Assembly (NCBI GenBank): GCA_964187785.1
Contig: OZ076409.1
Coordinates: 92,072,001 to 92,136,000, forward strand
DNA from: Amphiscolops sp. MND2022
Taxonomy: Eukaryota
DNA length: 64,000 nt
Direction: 5' to 3'
Position 1 is the first letter of the stretch. Each line of letters begins with the position of its first letter. Positions 24,811 through 38,400 of this stretch are shown here, one piece after another. The position numbers were made by a program, and so were the translations under genes. The notes beneath the pieces are model-generated. The model had not been told where the DNA came from. It saw nothing but the letters and a program-made list of their open reading frames with translations, and searched no databases.

Positions 24811-25913
24811 CTTCAACGTAAAATTTTTTTGGTTAATTTTCTATTTGCTATCCTGATATCTCATGCTTGATGCGCGTTGCTTGTTACCTTCTGGTAGCAT
24901 GCGTTGAAATCCATTGCCAGAACCACACTCCACTTCTTTTCAAGGGGGAAGGGGTGTCTTCAACGCCCAATCCATCCTCTCGCATTTTCTTCGCATTTTT
25001 TGTTAGTCATTGCTATCTTTATATTAATGAAGGTGCTCAACGATTAAAGCCCGGGGAGCCCCAGTGCAATAAATAACCCAAAAACTCTACATGTATTGCT
25101 ACGCCCGAAAGGTGCTATTTTTGTTTTTTTTTTCTCCAAGATTTTTAGAAGTTTCTCCAGATTCCAACGTGATATGCGAAAAAATAAGGAGCGCGCGCGC
25201 TCCTGATCTGCAAATGGCAAGATTTGATCTACCTTTGTCTGCTTTACTCCAGTGGTTACTCTTACGAGCAGTTCGTAGTTTGCTTCTGATGCGCTCCTTG
25301 ACAGATGCTACTGAACTCTATACAGGTATGGAGCTGCACATCAGTGCGTGTTGCCCAAACCAAGCCGAACTGTAAAAAAAAGTATCAAAGAAACAGCTTG
25401 TCTTCCTTTTAAACAGTGGTTTTACTGCTGAAAAGAAGTTTTAGCGAAAAGAACTTTTAACTGTGCTGCAAACTGAAATTTTATTGCCGTCGAAAAGATG
25501 TTTTGCTGAGAACCACGTGCGCTTTGGAGCGTTACCGCTCCGTAAAAGAAATTTTAGACGTCCAAAAACCAAAGTGCTAGCAGGATCCTATTTAGACTTT
25601 TGCAGAAAACGCGTGCTAAAAAAGTGGTGCTTTTTTATTGATGTATGGAATCTTGGATTTGATCAATTTCAAGGTGCATTTTTGAGTACTGGTTTTCTAG
25701 CTCTCGAGCTAGCTCTGTTTCAACAGTTTCTGGACGATGCAGGTTCTCTGGATGGCTAGAAGCAAGATCTCATGGTTGCCCAATCAGCAAAAGATGACAG
25801 TGCCACTGGACCGTTGCAACATCACCAGTTTGAGACCCCCGTGGATTGCACTCATGATGTGGCGATGTATTCAATGCCAGCCTCTCCGCATGACAGGGAC
25901 GTCATGCATAACG

Positions 25914-25925
25914 CCCGGGGAGTGA
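25914..25925 (+). promoter_or_regulatory. Polypurine tract
   Basis: ggggagtga immediately precedes the 3' LTR TG. Confidence 0.6.
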
Positions 25926-26560
25926 TGTAATGGCAAGCTCTGGTACAGCAATATCAACCGATTTTGCAACTTTGACATGTTCAGAAATTTTGTCAAAAAT
26001 TCTAATCCGATGTGTGACGTGGCACTGAGCATGTGATTGCTCTTTTCGCTGTTTCCACGAAATTGGCAGGTACTTCGACAACAAAGAGCAAGAACGAGCA
26101 AAAACACGGGCGTGCCGCCATGACAGAAGCCAGAGACGGCAAGAACATCCGACAATAGACTCTTTTTGAGGTGCTAACCCCGGTTTTATCGATTTTCAGC
26201 ATTATGCTACCCTATGTAGCGGAAACCGTAAAAATGAGGTTTTTCGCCTAAAGATCCTTGTTTGGTGCTTGGAGCCCATGCGCCCCAGCTTGTAGCTGTG
26301 TGGTTTGCCATATTCGTGCCTGTTCCTATTCGGTGGTCTTTAGAGAGTCAGAAAGATGCCAGTTACTATTAGCAATCAAAGACTAGGACCGGTTGGACAG
26401 TATTCGTCGAAGCACCCGCGGCCCCGGGACGTATTTCACCCCTGGAGGCAAAATGGATCTGTGGCGATGGGCGCCTGTCCCGACGAGCGATTCACCCATT
26501 CCTGCAGGTTCCTCCACCTCTGTTAACGCGTTAAGCGACCGAGAACTGCTTGCCGTTACA
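25926..26560 (+). repeat. 3' LTR (635 bp)
   Basis: Direct repeat of 10994-11625. Confidence 0.97.
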
Positions 26561-27059
26561 TCTGTATCAAATTACCAATCAATGATAACTCTGTCTGATG
26601 CCCGAACTGTATTTAGCAGCGAAATCTGTTAGCTAACACCAAAATAACTTATATCTTTCCATCGTTGTATTCCGTCGTTCGCAAAATGTTTCATAAATGC
26701 CGATGATTGTGTTGAACCTAACTGTTGAACTGTCGAACCAGCTGAACAAGGGCTAGATACATTACACCAACCACCTTTTTTACAGCTTCCTCGTTCATGC
26801 TGTCAATCAGAGCAGCTTTTCGGGATGCTCCTTTCGCTGGTGTTTTCATCAAATCACCGACAGAGATCGGATACGTCGCACGTATACCATTTTAAACAAA
26901 TCGAGCAACTTCTCTCATCCTGTTTTACATGGAATTTGTCACATTCCAATTCATTGACAGTCCAGCTGCTGCCAAGACAAACGAACTTCCTGATTTTCTG
27001 TAGGGGAAATTTATTTGTGAATGGGGGAGGAAAATCATTTGTTGCGTTTTATAAACCAA

Positions 27060-27232
27060 TTCTGCCAAATCTCCATGATCTCCGTCCACTTCAGTTAGTA
27101 CCTAATTTAGTTACTTTGGCTCAGAGTTTTGGTAGTGCGTCTGCCTGGCAGACACGATGTCTAGGGTTCGAACCCGTGCTGATGCGTTAATTTTTAGCGG
27201 GAAATATCCCGGTGCTTAGCGGGCGTCTTGTT
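27060..27232 (+). mobile_element. Short interspersed repeat with a tRNA-like segment and a CTTGTT 3' end
   Basis: A-box-like tggctcagagttttgg, B-box gggttcgaaccc, hairpin cgggaaatatcccg, terminus cgtcttgtt. The 5' boundary is approximate. Confidence 0.5.
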
Positions 27233-29432
27233 TGAGAATGAGTTGTTTACCAGCAACTGACGTCTTTTGATTCTTCTTACCGGTGTCAAACTGAGTTCGA
27301 GCTAGGGCTTTTCTACATGGCCTTGTAACGTTTTACATTTCAGTTGATCTACTGGTGAGTGCCTTGGATGACGCAGGATTTGGTAAGAAGCAGGATTGGG
27401 TTCCAATCTACCTACAGTCAAATTGTTAGCCGACTTCGAGCTAATCTCAGCTAGCTGTTCTTGTCTTTGGAGCGACCCAAGTCGGCTCAAGGTTGAAACA
27501 GAAAACTACAAAAAACCAAAAAGTATTTAAAATTCCATGGTGCCGAAAAAACCTAAGGTGCACTGAAAACGCTTTGTTTCTGCTAAAAACAAGGGCGGTA
27601 TAGAAACTTGTAGAAATGCTTATAGAAGTCTGTCAGTTCGCTGGTCCTTAAAAAGCCACTGCTGTAGTCAGAATTTTCTATCGAAAACGCCGACACAAAA
27701 TACAGTGTTTCCAGTTGGCTTCGGATTCCTTCGAGGAAGTTATACCGAGAGCCATTGACTTTTAATATAAAACAGGCACTTTGTATCCGAATTATGCGCA
27801 GTATCTGGAAGTTTTTGCGCATTAAACCAGAAAATGGGTCTGGTATGGGCTTATTAACGTCTGACGAACTCAGTGCGGTGAAAGAAAGAATTTGGCTAGC
27901 AACTTTTAATTAGTTTGAATTCTGATTTATGGCAAATGTTAATGTTTTGCCACTATGACTAGATTTGACGGGTTATTAGTTTTACGTAATTTAATTATTT
28001 TCACAATTACATTTTCTCATCAATTAGTTCAGGGTATGTCTAGGCTCTACCACAGATTAAATATTTAGAAAATCTTAAGTTCGAAAAAAAATTGATCTGT
28101 AAGTGCCTTTTTCATGAAAACTAAGCGATATAAGAACTTCAAATAAGTTCTTTGAAGGTCCCTTTTAAAATTTTTTGAAACTCGTTTTCACATGATCGGC
28201 TGAAATACGGCAACAGTTCAAATACTAGTACAAAAACCAGTAAACTATTCATTGCTTGTTTTGTTGAACGTGGCGAGCAAACATGGAGAAAAATATATTT
28301 TTTAAAAAAATATTCCAATGGGGTCATTAAGGTGATATCAGTATAACACCTGAGAGTACATTTGAAAGGTCAATATTGTACTACAATTCAGTCATCCATA
28401 TAGAACACCCTTTTCAAGTACAGTGATCAATGGAGCGTGTATGTTAGAACAAAAGGAATTTGTGTATCTGGGAAGGCTGCTCCTGCTTTTAATAATTCCC
28501 TAATTTACGGAGATATAGTCGCATTCAAAGTGCCGAATTCGTCTGATTCACATTCCGCTTTTGGCACAAAAGGTTTCAATTTTCACATGTTGACCATTGG
28601 TAAAGCTAATTTGTAGCCAGCAAAAATATAGATAACTGACAGGAAAATGATCACAGACTTTCACAGCAATCTTTTGAATACCACCTGAACTTCATTAATT
28701 AAAAGACGGCTTGGTTAGAATAAAAAACAAATGTGTCATGGTAAAATCTGCAGAACGATAAACTGGGTGAATGGGAGACTTTACTAGTGGATCAGTAAAC
28801 CTAGTTACAAATTCGGGGTCAATGTAATGAAAAAACGGGTTAGTTACCTGGAACAAGCTTCTATGACCTAATTGATTCTAATGATCGTGAACTACTTGCA
28901 TAGGTAGTAAAATAGGTTCTCACATTCGATGGGTCATTGCGCTCTGCTTGCCAAATTGAGATTGATATTGGCTGCGGAAATCGAGGTCGTTTCTGACCTC
29001 GGCTTGCTGAAGAACTCTTATCAGAGCTGATCTAACATTACCAATTGTTAGCTCGCAAATTCTTATTGATCTGTTTCAAAAATTTTAATGACAAAAAAAT
29101 TTATGACAACAAAGTTTGTCTATCGCAAAGGCTTTCCTTTGAATCTTATGCAGTTTGAATAAATCAACTCGACTGAAACCATTGTCGTCCAATCCAAAAA
29201 CAATCATACAGAGCGAAAACTAAGGAAGTGTTGTTGAGCATGTTGAAAAGTCCTAAATAAAACTTGAAGTAATAAAGCCGAAGAAACTATGGTCATGCAC
29301 ATGAAGTTCACAACGATCACGAGTCACACCCATGTGTTAAACTCAATAATATATAAATGAAATCTTCAGTTCAGGTCAACACATGGTCTTTCGTAGTGGA
29401 AGCATTCCATAATAAAATGCGCATGAATAATA

Positions 29433-31125
29433 TAGTGAGCGTCAAAAAAATAGTTGCACAATTGAAAGTGAATTATTCCGGAAAATAATCTTAACGGAGG
29501 AAAGCAAAAATATGCAACAGATAGGTAAAAATTAGAAGTACATTAACAGTTATTCAAAGTCTAATGGTTTCTCCCTGAGCAGAGATACAGCTGTTAATTC
29601 GGTTCGGCAGCAAATGCATCAAATTTTGTTGAATTTCTCTCGGATTTGGGCCTGCAGCAACCTGGATTGCATCGATTAGATCCAGTTTTTTCTTTGGATT
29701 GTTCTTCTTTGTCATATGTTTCAATATCTTCCACAAAGTTTCATGTGGCGATAGATCCTGAGAGTTGGCAGGCCATTGAATGATTTCCAAATTTTGACTT
29801 TCAAAAACTTCTTGCGAGTATTTTGGAGTATGTTATGCCAATGCGTCCTGTTGCAGTATTCATCCTTTCGGAAATAAATTTGCATACGGAATGCAATCAC
29901 CGATTATCTGGCAGTACTTTCTGTTGTCCACAGTACCCGTAACCACTTTTAGATAGAATGCTTTGGAGTTTAAAGCCCCGCAAACCATAACTTTTGTCGA
30001 ACATTTTGGGATGTTAATGGAGAGTCGGCTTCGACGGTACCAATGCATCGAAGTATTGCGATGGATGTAAAGAGACATTCATCGGTAATAAAAACATTAT
30101 ACCAGCAGTAGTCTTGCCTCTGATGCAAAAAGTCACCCTTGATTGTTTTTAGTCGTTTGTGAGATATATTGTATAGTGTAACTAGTTTTTGTCCCCAGAC
30201 ACTGAAAATTTTTTTTACAGAACTAACGCATAGGGTATTAGGCCCGTAGAAAGGAGCCCCATTCGATTTGTTCAATGTTTAATATGCTTTAAGAACTCAA
30301 AGTTTCCCCGTTTCTCGATACTTCGGAAAGTATTTTCGTGGAAAAATTTTTAATTCAATTTGGTCTTCTTTTGCTGTTTTCAGTTAGAGAAAAGCGTTTT
30401 CCGAGCACGAAAAGCTTCTTTTGTATATATGTTTTCAATCTTAAAACGCCCAGAAAAACGCCCAGAACATATTATCAAAAGCACTTTTTTTGAGCGTTAA
30501 GCGGGGAGTCGACTTTAGACATTCTCGTCTTGTTTTTTGTTCTGTTATAGCATGTATACAAAATCACAACTTTGTCTTTTATGCAACACAATTTCACAAA
30601 ATTGTTTGTCATTGTGTGTTCTTTGTTCAAAAGTCTACGTGGTTTGTAGGAAAATGCTGTGCTTCATTTGTTGTTTTCCAACAATGAAAAAATTCCAATG
30701 ATACCGTGAAAGAGAATTTTTAAAACTCCCAAAGGTCTGTCTATGTCTGTCAATTTTGTAATTTCAGGAAAATTCCTCGTGTCTCCTCAAAGATTGCTCC
30801 ATTCAATAGACAACTTTCAGATATTTTCCCTGATTTCCAATTTTTTAATATGGCTTTTAAACACAAAGAAAGGCGTTGCTTCGCTTCACTTTCCTGTTGG
30901 CAGAGAAATTTTAACTGCCTTACACCAGTGTTGTTTTGAAGGTAAGTATACCGCTTCTACGTTTCTGTCATTTATTTGCACTTCTTGGTTTCGAAGGAAA
31001 AATGAATCTTTCAATTTTTTAATCCTTTTTATATTCAAAAGATAGTTAAGCCTATGATATATTTTAACTTTCTGTCTAATATGATAGACATAGAAGCTGT
31101 TGACGATATTTTTTATACCTCATTG
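29433..31125 (-). mobile_element. Decayed Tc1/mariner DNA transposon with an internal insertion
   Basis: Minus-strand fragments WYNVFITDEC, KVMVCGA, QQD, WPANSQDLSPHETLW and PNRINSCISAQG (Tc1-type DDE motifs). Left end ta|tagtgagcgtcaaaaaaatag; the right TIR near 31100-31125 matches only weakly. Confidence 0.75.
30117..30534 (+). mobile_element. Helentron-type non-autonomous element (HINE-like) inserted in the Tc1 transposase
   Basis: 3' end gtcgact...agacattctcgtcttgtt resembles the ends at 31859 and 56863. The 5' boundary is approximate. Confidence 0.5.
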
Positions 31126-31858
31126 TTGATGCCTACTGTGATTTTCCTTGATTGAGAGAGTATGGAAAACTAATTTGCTTTCTCCATAGCTTAAGCTATA
31201 CATTTTTGTTCATTTAGTGATATGCTTTAACAACTATCATTCAGTCGCGTGACGACCCTAGTCGAGAACAACTGTAATCGTTGAAAACTTTGCAAGATGT
31301 TCTTGCAAGACCTTGTAAATAGATTCTTTCCTTCCAGAAACTTACAATTCCTTGCAGGTTCGACCCTTTCTTGCAGAGTTTCTTAAGCTATGAAAAAATG
31401 TCTATGAATCTGTCTTTCTTCACAGAGGGGTTTCAACTCTACATGTCTAATATTGCACGATTTTAATTCACTTAGGACTCCAGAGAAGGTTTTGATTTGG
31501 TTTGATAAACTTGCAAAATTCATGACAAGACCATTACGCCTATTTTTGTACTATACGTTCTCCGCTGATTGACACTTGCTGGATATTATTCGAAAATCAA
31601 GGGTGATAATTTTTTTGTGTTCGTTCGGGAATATTAATTCACATTAGTGGAAAAAACAGTTTATTTTTGCATAGAAGAGTGCTTTAGGTAGCTATTTGTC
31701 TTGTTATTGAACTCTGAGGAATTTCATGCCCTCAAGATTTACCAGAAACTGTACATATACTTCAAAAAACGTTTGGAAAAGGGCACTGTTTTATTCACTA
31801 CACATATTTTGAAAAAAAGATACCTCTCCATTATGACTTTATTGTTAGTGAAATAAAA

Positions 31859-32400
31859 AACAAGACGGGAACGTCAAAAGTCGGCGCTATATCTAAGGCT
31901 CAAACAACGCAAAGTTCTTAAAATTGTAAAAAAAGCGGACCCTTTGGGTTTTTTGAAAATACAGTTTGTTGCAAAAGATCAAAAAATTGAAGGGGTCGCT
32001 TTGGAGACATTGAAAAATTATCGAGAAAAAAAACGAAAAATGAGAATTTTGAAACAGTCTCATAGTGCCGAAAAACTCAGAAGGGGAGTCCCTTTGGGCT
32101 TTTTGAAAATACAGTTTGTTGCAAAATATCAAAAAACTTGAAAGGGGGACCCTTTTGAGACAAAAAAAATCGAAACAGTCGCAGAGTGCCGAAAAAACTG
32201 AAAGGGGACATTTTAGTGTCATCCGGTTTTGTATGTAACGTCAGAAAAGGAAAAATTAAAGGGGACCCTTTGCACTAACTTAGATGCGTTTCCGAGGTAT
32301 GAGATGAGGTTTCGGAGGTATCTGTTTAGGTATGTGTTTAGTAAAAAAAACGAGTGACTGTAATAGTCGGGCTCTTTTATTAATAAGAGAGCCGACTAAA
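31859..32400 (-). mobile_element. Helentron-type non-autonomous element (HINE/DINE-1-like)
   Basis: On the minus strand: 5' tt-agtcggctctctt...aagagcccgact inverted repeat, internal tandem core repeats, 3' subTIR gcgccgact, hairpin gacg-ttcc-cgtc, end cttgtt in a T-rich site. Confidence 0.7.
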
Positions 32401-32599
32401 ATCAAAATATCGAAAAGTTGTCAACCAGTATCTTAAAACTATTGATAGTTTAGAAAACGACAACTGGTCAAGCAATGATTAGCTGAAATCAGCTGAAAGC
32501 AATGATCAGACGACAATTTACTGTGTTCGTGATTTTTACCAACGAAAACGAGACTACTGTTACTAAATGCCTATGTCATCAGCCACTTACATTACTCTT

Positions 32600-33060
32600 C
32601 TATACTCTTGAATGGCATTTCTCGAGGCCTCATTTCGACCCTAGAAAACAACTAAATTGGGGAATCAAAGCATGCTTTAATTGATATAAAATGGATTCAG
32701 CACACGATATTACGTTACACTATCGAATTTTATCGGCTCGTCATCTGCTGGACTTGAAAGCTGTTTTATTTTTCTGGCAATGGAAATGCAATTTTCGCCC
32801 CCTTTTTCACGGCTTCAGATCGCCACTGCAAATCTGAAAACACATGAAAGAACATTGAATTTAAAATATCATAGTTTTGCCAATAGTGAGCAGCTGAAAA
32901 ACAGCCTTTTCAAGAGAGTAGTACCTTTGTGGATCGCGTTGCCTGAAAAACTGAAATTGGGAATTCAGACGAATGAAAATGTAAAGAAGAGGTAGAAAAC
33001 GTTTTTCAATGAGAAATTTGTTAATGACATCGATAGACATCAGTATAGTCAGAAATATTG
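32600..33060 (+). pseudogene. 3' end of a decayed LINE ORF2
   Basis: LEKQLNWGIKACF...LFKRVVPLWIALP, a typical CR1/L2/Jockey-like C-terminal motif. Confidence 0.55.
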
Positions 33061-35025
33061 GAGTGAATATCGTTTCAAGTAGTAAGATTTTATTGCTCAA
33101 TATTTTTTATACAATGTTTTGTATTGTCCATTTTTTTAAATAATACGGTTTTACTCTGCCCTCCATATATTTGTTTACATTTTAGATATTTCATATGAAG
33201 GAATACAGTGTTTTTCTTTTTCTTCTCTTTTTGAAAGCTGTAGTTTGAAGGTGACGACTGATGCCGAATGTCGCAGATGTTTATGCGTTTTTTGTATTCA
33301 CTACACCTCTACATTAGGGATGAAGGGTTTTCTCAAGGGTTTACCCAACAATCAATAGTTGAGAGAGAATCGCAACTCATACCGTGTAACCTCAGGCTGC
33401 CGTGTGGTTTGCCATAGCAAGCACAAGAGACCTAACGGGATGAGGCATTTATGCAATACGCTGGATCCCATTTTGCCTCCAGTGAGTGTTTTCCGTTAGG
33501 AAGGTCCCGCGTTTCGTCGACACCTCCAATCGATCCAAGTCTGTAGTTGCTAGTAGCAATGGGCATTTTGACTGGCCTTTACCACCATTCCAGAAGCCTT
33601 TAACAACCTGTTCAATTTCAGAGTAGGTAATTGACAGCACGAAGGAATAGTACGCAAATCAGCAGCTCACGAGCTTTTAATCAAAATTTAGACTGGACAA
33701 TCAACAACAAAGTCCCACGTGCTTGACCACACAGCTCAGGAGCTGAAACCCACGTGTCGCACTTATCGAAAGAAGGATATCAGGCGATAGCACTCAATTC
33801 TGCAGTATTCGCTACATACGGTACGGCGTGCTAAAATACAACAATAATGTACTGCACAGCATTAAAGGAATGTAAAGCACATGCTATTTTGAGTCCATCC
33901 TGGAGTGCTAAAGTTTTTTCTATATTCGCTCAATTGTGTGATTCGGACCGCTCTGCTTGCCCTCAGTTCTCTGGGTTTTCAAATGGCGTCAAGTGCTAAA
34001 AGATCAACGATTTGCTCAAATGCCACGTCGAAATTGGATTAGAATTTTCCATCAACATCCCAGTCAATACAATTTCATGTATGTATTAGAGGTATCGTTA
34101 CACTGCACCGAATTTCAAGCATTTTTGATTTTTTTTCGACTCTCGGTATCATCATACCCACAGAAAGAAATTTTTTAGGGCATAATTCCAAAAAAGTTTC
34201 AATGATCTCGACAAAAACAAATGCGACATTTTTTCTTTCATTGTTGTTGAATTCTGAGAAATACATCAATCGCTTGGGTATGCAATTAGAGCATAGTAAA
34301 CTTACAAGAAAAAACAGAGAGGCTCATTTAAGAATTTCATTTTTTAATAAGGAATTTAGGGCAGTAAAAAAATTACTTAAAACTCGGAGGAATTTTGAAA
34401 AATGTTTCATGGTGAAACTTCAAATTCATACTAGTGACTTCCTCAATTTGTCTGTAACGTCTTTTCCAGATCTTCCACTGTAAATCTAGATCTACTCGAA
34501 GTTTTCGAATTTTTTGGGAGCACTGTTTTTTTCCACCTCAAGAGACCTAAAACCTGAAGATCAATCAGCCCAACCAAATTTCTATAAATCCACGTCTTTC
34601 TCAAGGCGTAAGTAGAGCGTTTAATTTTTGACGGAGTTCAGAAAGCTGTTGAAGCGTTGAAAAGTTGGGAAATGCCGCAAAAGTGTCTTTACATAACCAA
34701 AGTTCCAACAGAAAGTTAGTCAGACGTTTGCTACAAGGCCATTGCTAATATTTTATATTTGGTACTTTGTAGTTTTAAGACTACACTTAGGTCACTGAAA
34801 TTTTCGTACTTTATTGTCGTATTACTTTGATTGACAACAGTGTCGCATTTGGAAAAGATTATCACTTATATCAAAAAACCATTTTAAACACCTGCAAACC
34901 TCGTTGACCGTTGTTTATTTGTGTTTACTCCTTTCATTTTGAAGCTAGAACGGTTCCGTCAAAAAAGTTTCAGGTTTTCACTGAATCAAGTATACAGCTA
35001 CGATGACTTCTTCCAACCTAGTTTG

Positions 35026-35481
35026 TCTAGGATTATGAGCAGGATTGCGATTGAAGATGATTGTAGAAGTGAATATTGTATTGAATATTTATTGATCTGA
35101 ATTGATGCATAATAGGTTGAGCACCCCGTATATAAAAGCTATAAACAGGTTAATTTACATACAAAATACTAGTAGCGCCAGATTCCTTGAAATGCATAGA
35201 AATTACAAGAAGTCCATGACGTGAGTCGTGCCATATATGGTGACGACGTAACATGATTCTATGAAACGTAGTATCTTTCAGTGAAAGTGACAGCAGTTCT
35301 GCGAAATGACCGAAAAGGCGCATTCTAATTTAAGTTCACGTCAATCAATCGTTGTTGTCCAATTTCACTCTCGTTGAGAATTCATTTACACTGTTACGCG
35401 GCTTGAGTCAGGTTAGTTCACTTTTCATTGTATGCTTTTTCTTTCCAACACTTGAAAGAATCTAGCTCGACATTTCTAACA
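35026..35481 (-). repeat. Copia 3' LTR
   Basis: Direct repeat of 39323-39778. Confidence 0.95.
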
Positions 35482-38400
35482 CCCCCACTCAGTCTGACCT
35501 TCTCCTGAAGTTCCAGACTGTTTCCGCCAAGAAGTCGATCCCTGTGTTTTTCAAGTTTTGTCTTAGCCAGAGCTTTGGTCATCAGGTCTGCACACATGTC
35601 TTCCGTTGCACAGTATTGGAGTTCGACAGTTCCGTCCTCTACCCTCTCTCTGACGAAATGGTGTTTGATGTCTATGTGCTTAGTTCGCATGTGCATCACA
35701 TGATTCTTGCACATTTTGATGCAGCTTTGGTTGTCCTCTTGTATGACGGTGGCTCCCTCTGACATGACACCCATCCCTTCCAATAAAGATCTCAGGTAGA
35801 GAACCTCTTGCACCGCTGCTGCCATTGCTTGATATTCTGCCTCGCTGCTCGAAATAGCTGCTGTTGGTTGCTTCTTCGAGTTCCAGCTGATCGCCGCCCC
35901 ATCCTTCTGGACCATGAATGCAAAACCAGTTGTTGACCGTCTGTCATCGACGTCACTGGCCCAGTCCGCGTCGCATGCTCCAAAACGTTGAAGCCCGTCA
36001 GCATCACGTCGAAACGTCAAACCAAGCTCCCGGGTGCCTTTCAGATACCGTAGCACTCGCTTCGCAGCCATCCAGTGAACCTTGCCAGGATTCTCCAGGT
36101 ATCTGGAGAGTCTGCTCACTGTTGCCAGAATGTCAGGTCGAGTATGCTTGGCTATGTACAATAGACAACCCACTATTCCTCGGTAATCACAGCCCTTCAT
36201 TTCTGCTGCTTCTGTTGAACCACCCTCTGGACAATCAGCTTTACTGAATGAACTGTTCACATCTGCCGGTGATGACACAGGCTTGCAGTCATCTAGACCA
36301 TATCGTCTGAGGCACTCATCATGAAACCCGTTTCCTCTAAAAAAAATTTAGCGTTTGGTACCAGTCTCGTCCTGCTTGCTTCAAACCATAAACACTGCGT
36401 TGAAGTAAACACACTTTGTCGTTGCCCTCTGTGAACCCTTCTGGTTGTTCCATGTAGACCGTTTCTGTCAAAGGTGAGTTCCAGTAGGCCGTTTTGAGGT
36501 CCATCTGATGAAGCTCTAGGCCCCACTGAGCAGCTAGTGCGAACAAAGTTCTCATCGTCTCTGGTTTGCACGTTGGAGCATACGTCTCGTGAAAGTCCAG
36601 TCCAGGGACTTGCATGAAACCCTTCGCGACATAGCGAACCTTGAATTTATCGATGTTTCCTTGCTCATCTGTCTTGATCTTGTAGACCCATCGCCCAGTG
36701 ATCACCTTTCTATCCTTTGGCCTGTCAACTAGCGTCCATGTTGAATTATCGTTGAGCGAATTCAATTCATCTTGCATTGCAGCCTGCCACTTCTCCTTTT
36801 CTGGAGATGCCATTGCCTCTCTGTAGCTGCCAGGTTCATCAGGGTAGATTGCCTCAGCAGCATGCGAGTACGCTAGACCATAGTGCGTTGGGACCCTGAT
36901 TTCCCTTCTCGGTCGCGTGTTGGCTGGTTGAACCTCAACTGTTTGACAATTGTCTTCGTCTTGATCACCAGTGACCTCTGCAGCAGCTTGGGCTTCTGCG
37001 CTTTCTTTAGTGTTGTCCCCCACTGTGTCCTCGTGAGACCTTGGAGGAAAACTCAATGAAATGAAGATTTCACTTTCCTCGTTCGGTGTACCTCCACCCA
37101 GAAGTGGAATGTTGTTCTCGTCGAAAGTCACACTCCTTGCTTTGATCACCTTCTGTGTCACTGTATCCATCATGAGGTAGGCCTTGTTGTTGTCGTCGTA
37201 CCCAATGAACTTGGCCTTCGTTGCCTTGTTGTCCAGCTTGGACCTCTTTGCAGACCTCTTGAGAACATAACCTAAGCAGCCAAAAAGCCTAACATCATCT
37301 AATTTTGGTTTGTTACCGAAATAGACCTCGTATGGTGATCGCCCATCGTTGCTGCTTGTTGGACATCGGTTGCGGAGGTAAACAGCGGTTGCCATGGCCC
37401 TGACCCAGAATTGTTTGCCCAGCTTTCCCTCAGCCAGCAAACATCTTGCCATTTCAATACTGACTCTGTTGAATCTCTCGGCCACTCCATTTTGTTGTGG
37501 GGTACCCGGCACCGTCAGCTCCTGATGTATGCCCACTGATTTACAGTAATTCTTGAATGCTGTTGAAGTGTATTCTCCACCATTGTCAGTTCGAAGTTCT
37601 GTTGGTGCCCCGTAACGAACCACGTTTTCTTTGAAGCACTCAAGGGTGTCACTTTTGCGCACCACAAAATTGACCACTGCATATCGACTGAAATCGTCAA
37701 TGAACGTCAGCGCATACCGTGCCCCATGTAAACTGGGCACCTCGAATGGTCCTTGAATGTCGCTGAAGACCCGCTCGCCCTCTTGTGTTTGCTCCTCGTC
37801 TGGGTTTGCTTTGGAACTGGTAGTTCATGAAGCTTGGACATCGAACACACTTCACACACTTCGCTTTGGACCCGTTGAAGTCAGGGTGCACCTTCTTGAC
37901 ATCGTTGAAATTTAGGTGCCCCATTCGTCTGTGCCAGAGCGTTGCATCCCTTGCCTCCTTCGCTGAGTGTGCTCGAGCCAGGCCACTGAATCTGCATTGA
38001 AGATAGTAGAGCTGACCCTGAAGACACATCGGCAATGCTTCGTCTTGACCACTTTGAATGACCGGTTGGTCACTCTTGAAGATGGAAGTGTTGCCCTTCG
38101 CCTCCGCCCTACTGACACTCATCAGGTTCACATTGTAGCTTTGGACGAACAAAACGTCGTGGAATTTGTACATTCGCTCAATGCCGTTGACATCAGTAAT
38201 GAACCCCTCCACAGTGCCCTTGCCCTTCACGTCTGCGAGAGAGCCATTCGGGTTGACCACATCCTCTCCAGTGTTGGATGCCTCAAACGTCGTGAAGAAA
38301 GACCTGTCGTAGACCACGTGATCAGTGCAACCTGAGTCCACAACAAAAGAGGACTCCAGTTGCAAGCCAGTCCTTGAGGCTGAAAACGTCTTTGCACTGC

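Larger units (their letters stand above)
10994..26560 (+). mobile_element. Full-length Ty3/Gypsy LTR retrotransposon (15.6 kb), coding region disabled
   Basis: Two TG...CA LTRs, PBS, PPT and domain order gag-PR-RT-RH-IN. Confidence 0.97.

Noticed and set aside
27117..27180. tRNA gene (also ~56465-56535)
   Set aside because: Has A/B-box similarity but no complete cloverleaf or acceptor stem; embedded in repeats.
28404..28599. Possible isolated plus-strand exon (NTLFKYSDQWSVYVRTKG...)
   Set aside because: AG/GT-bounded open frame, but no recognisable motif or partner exons.
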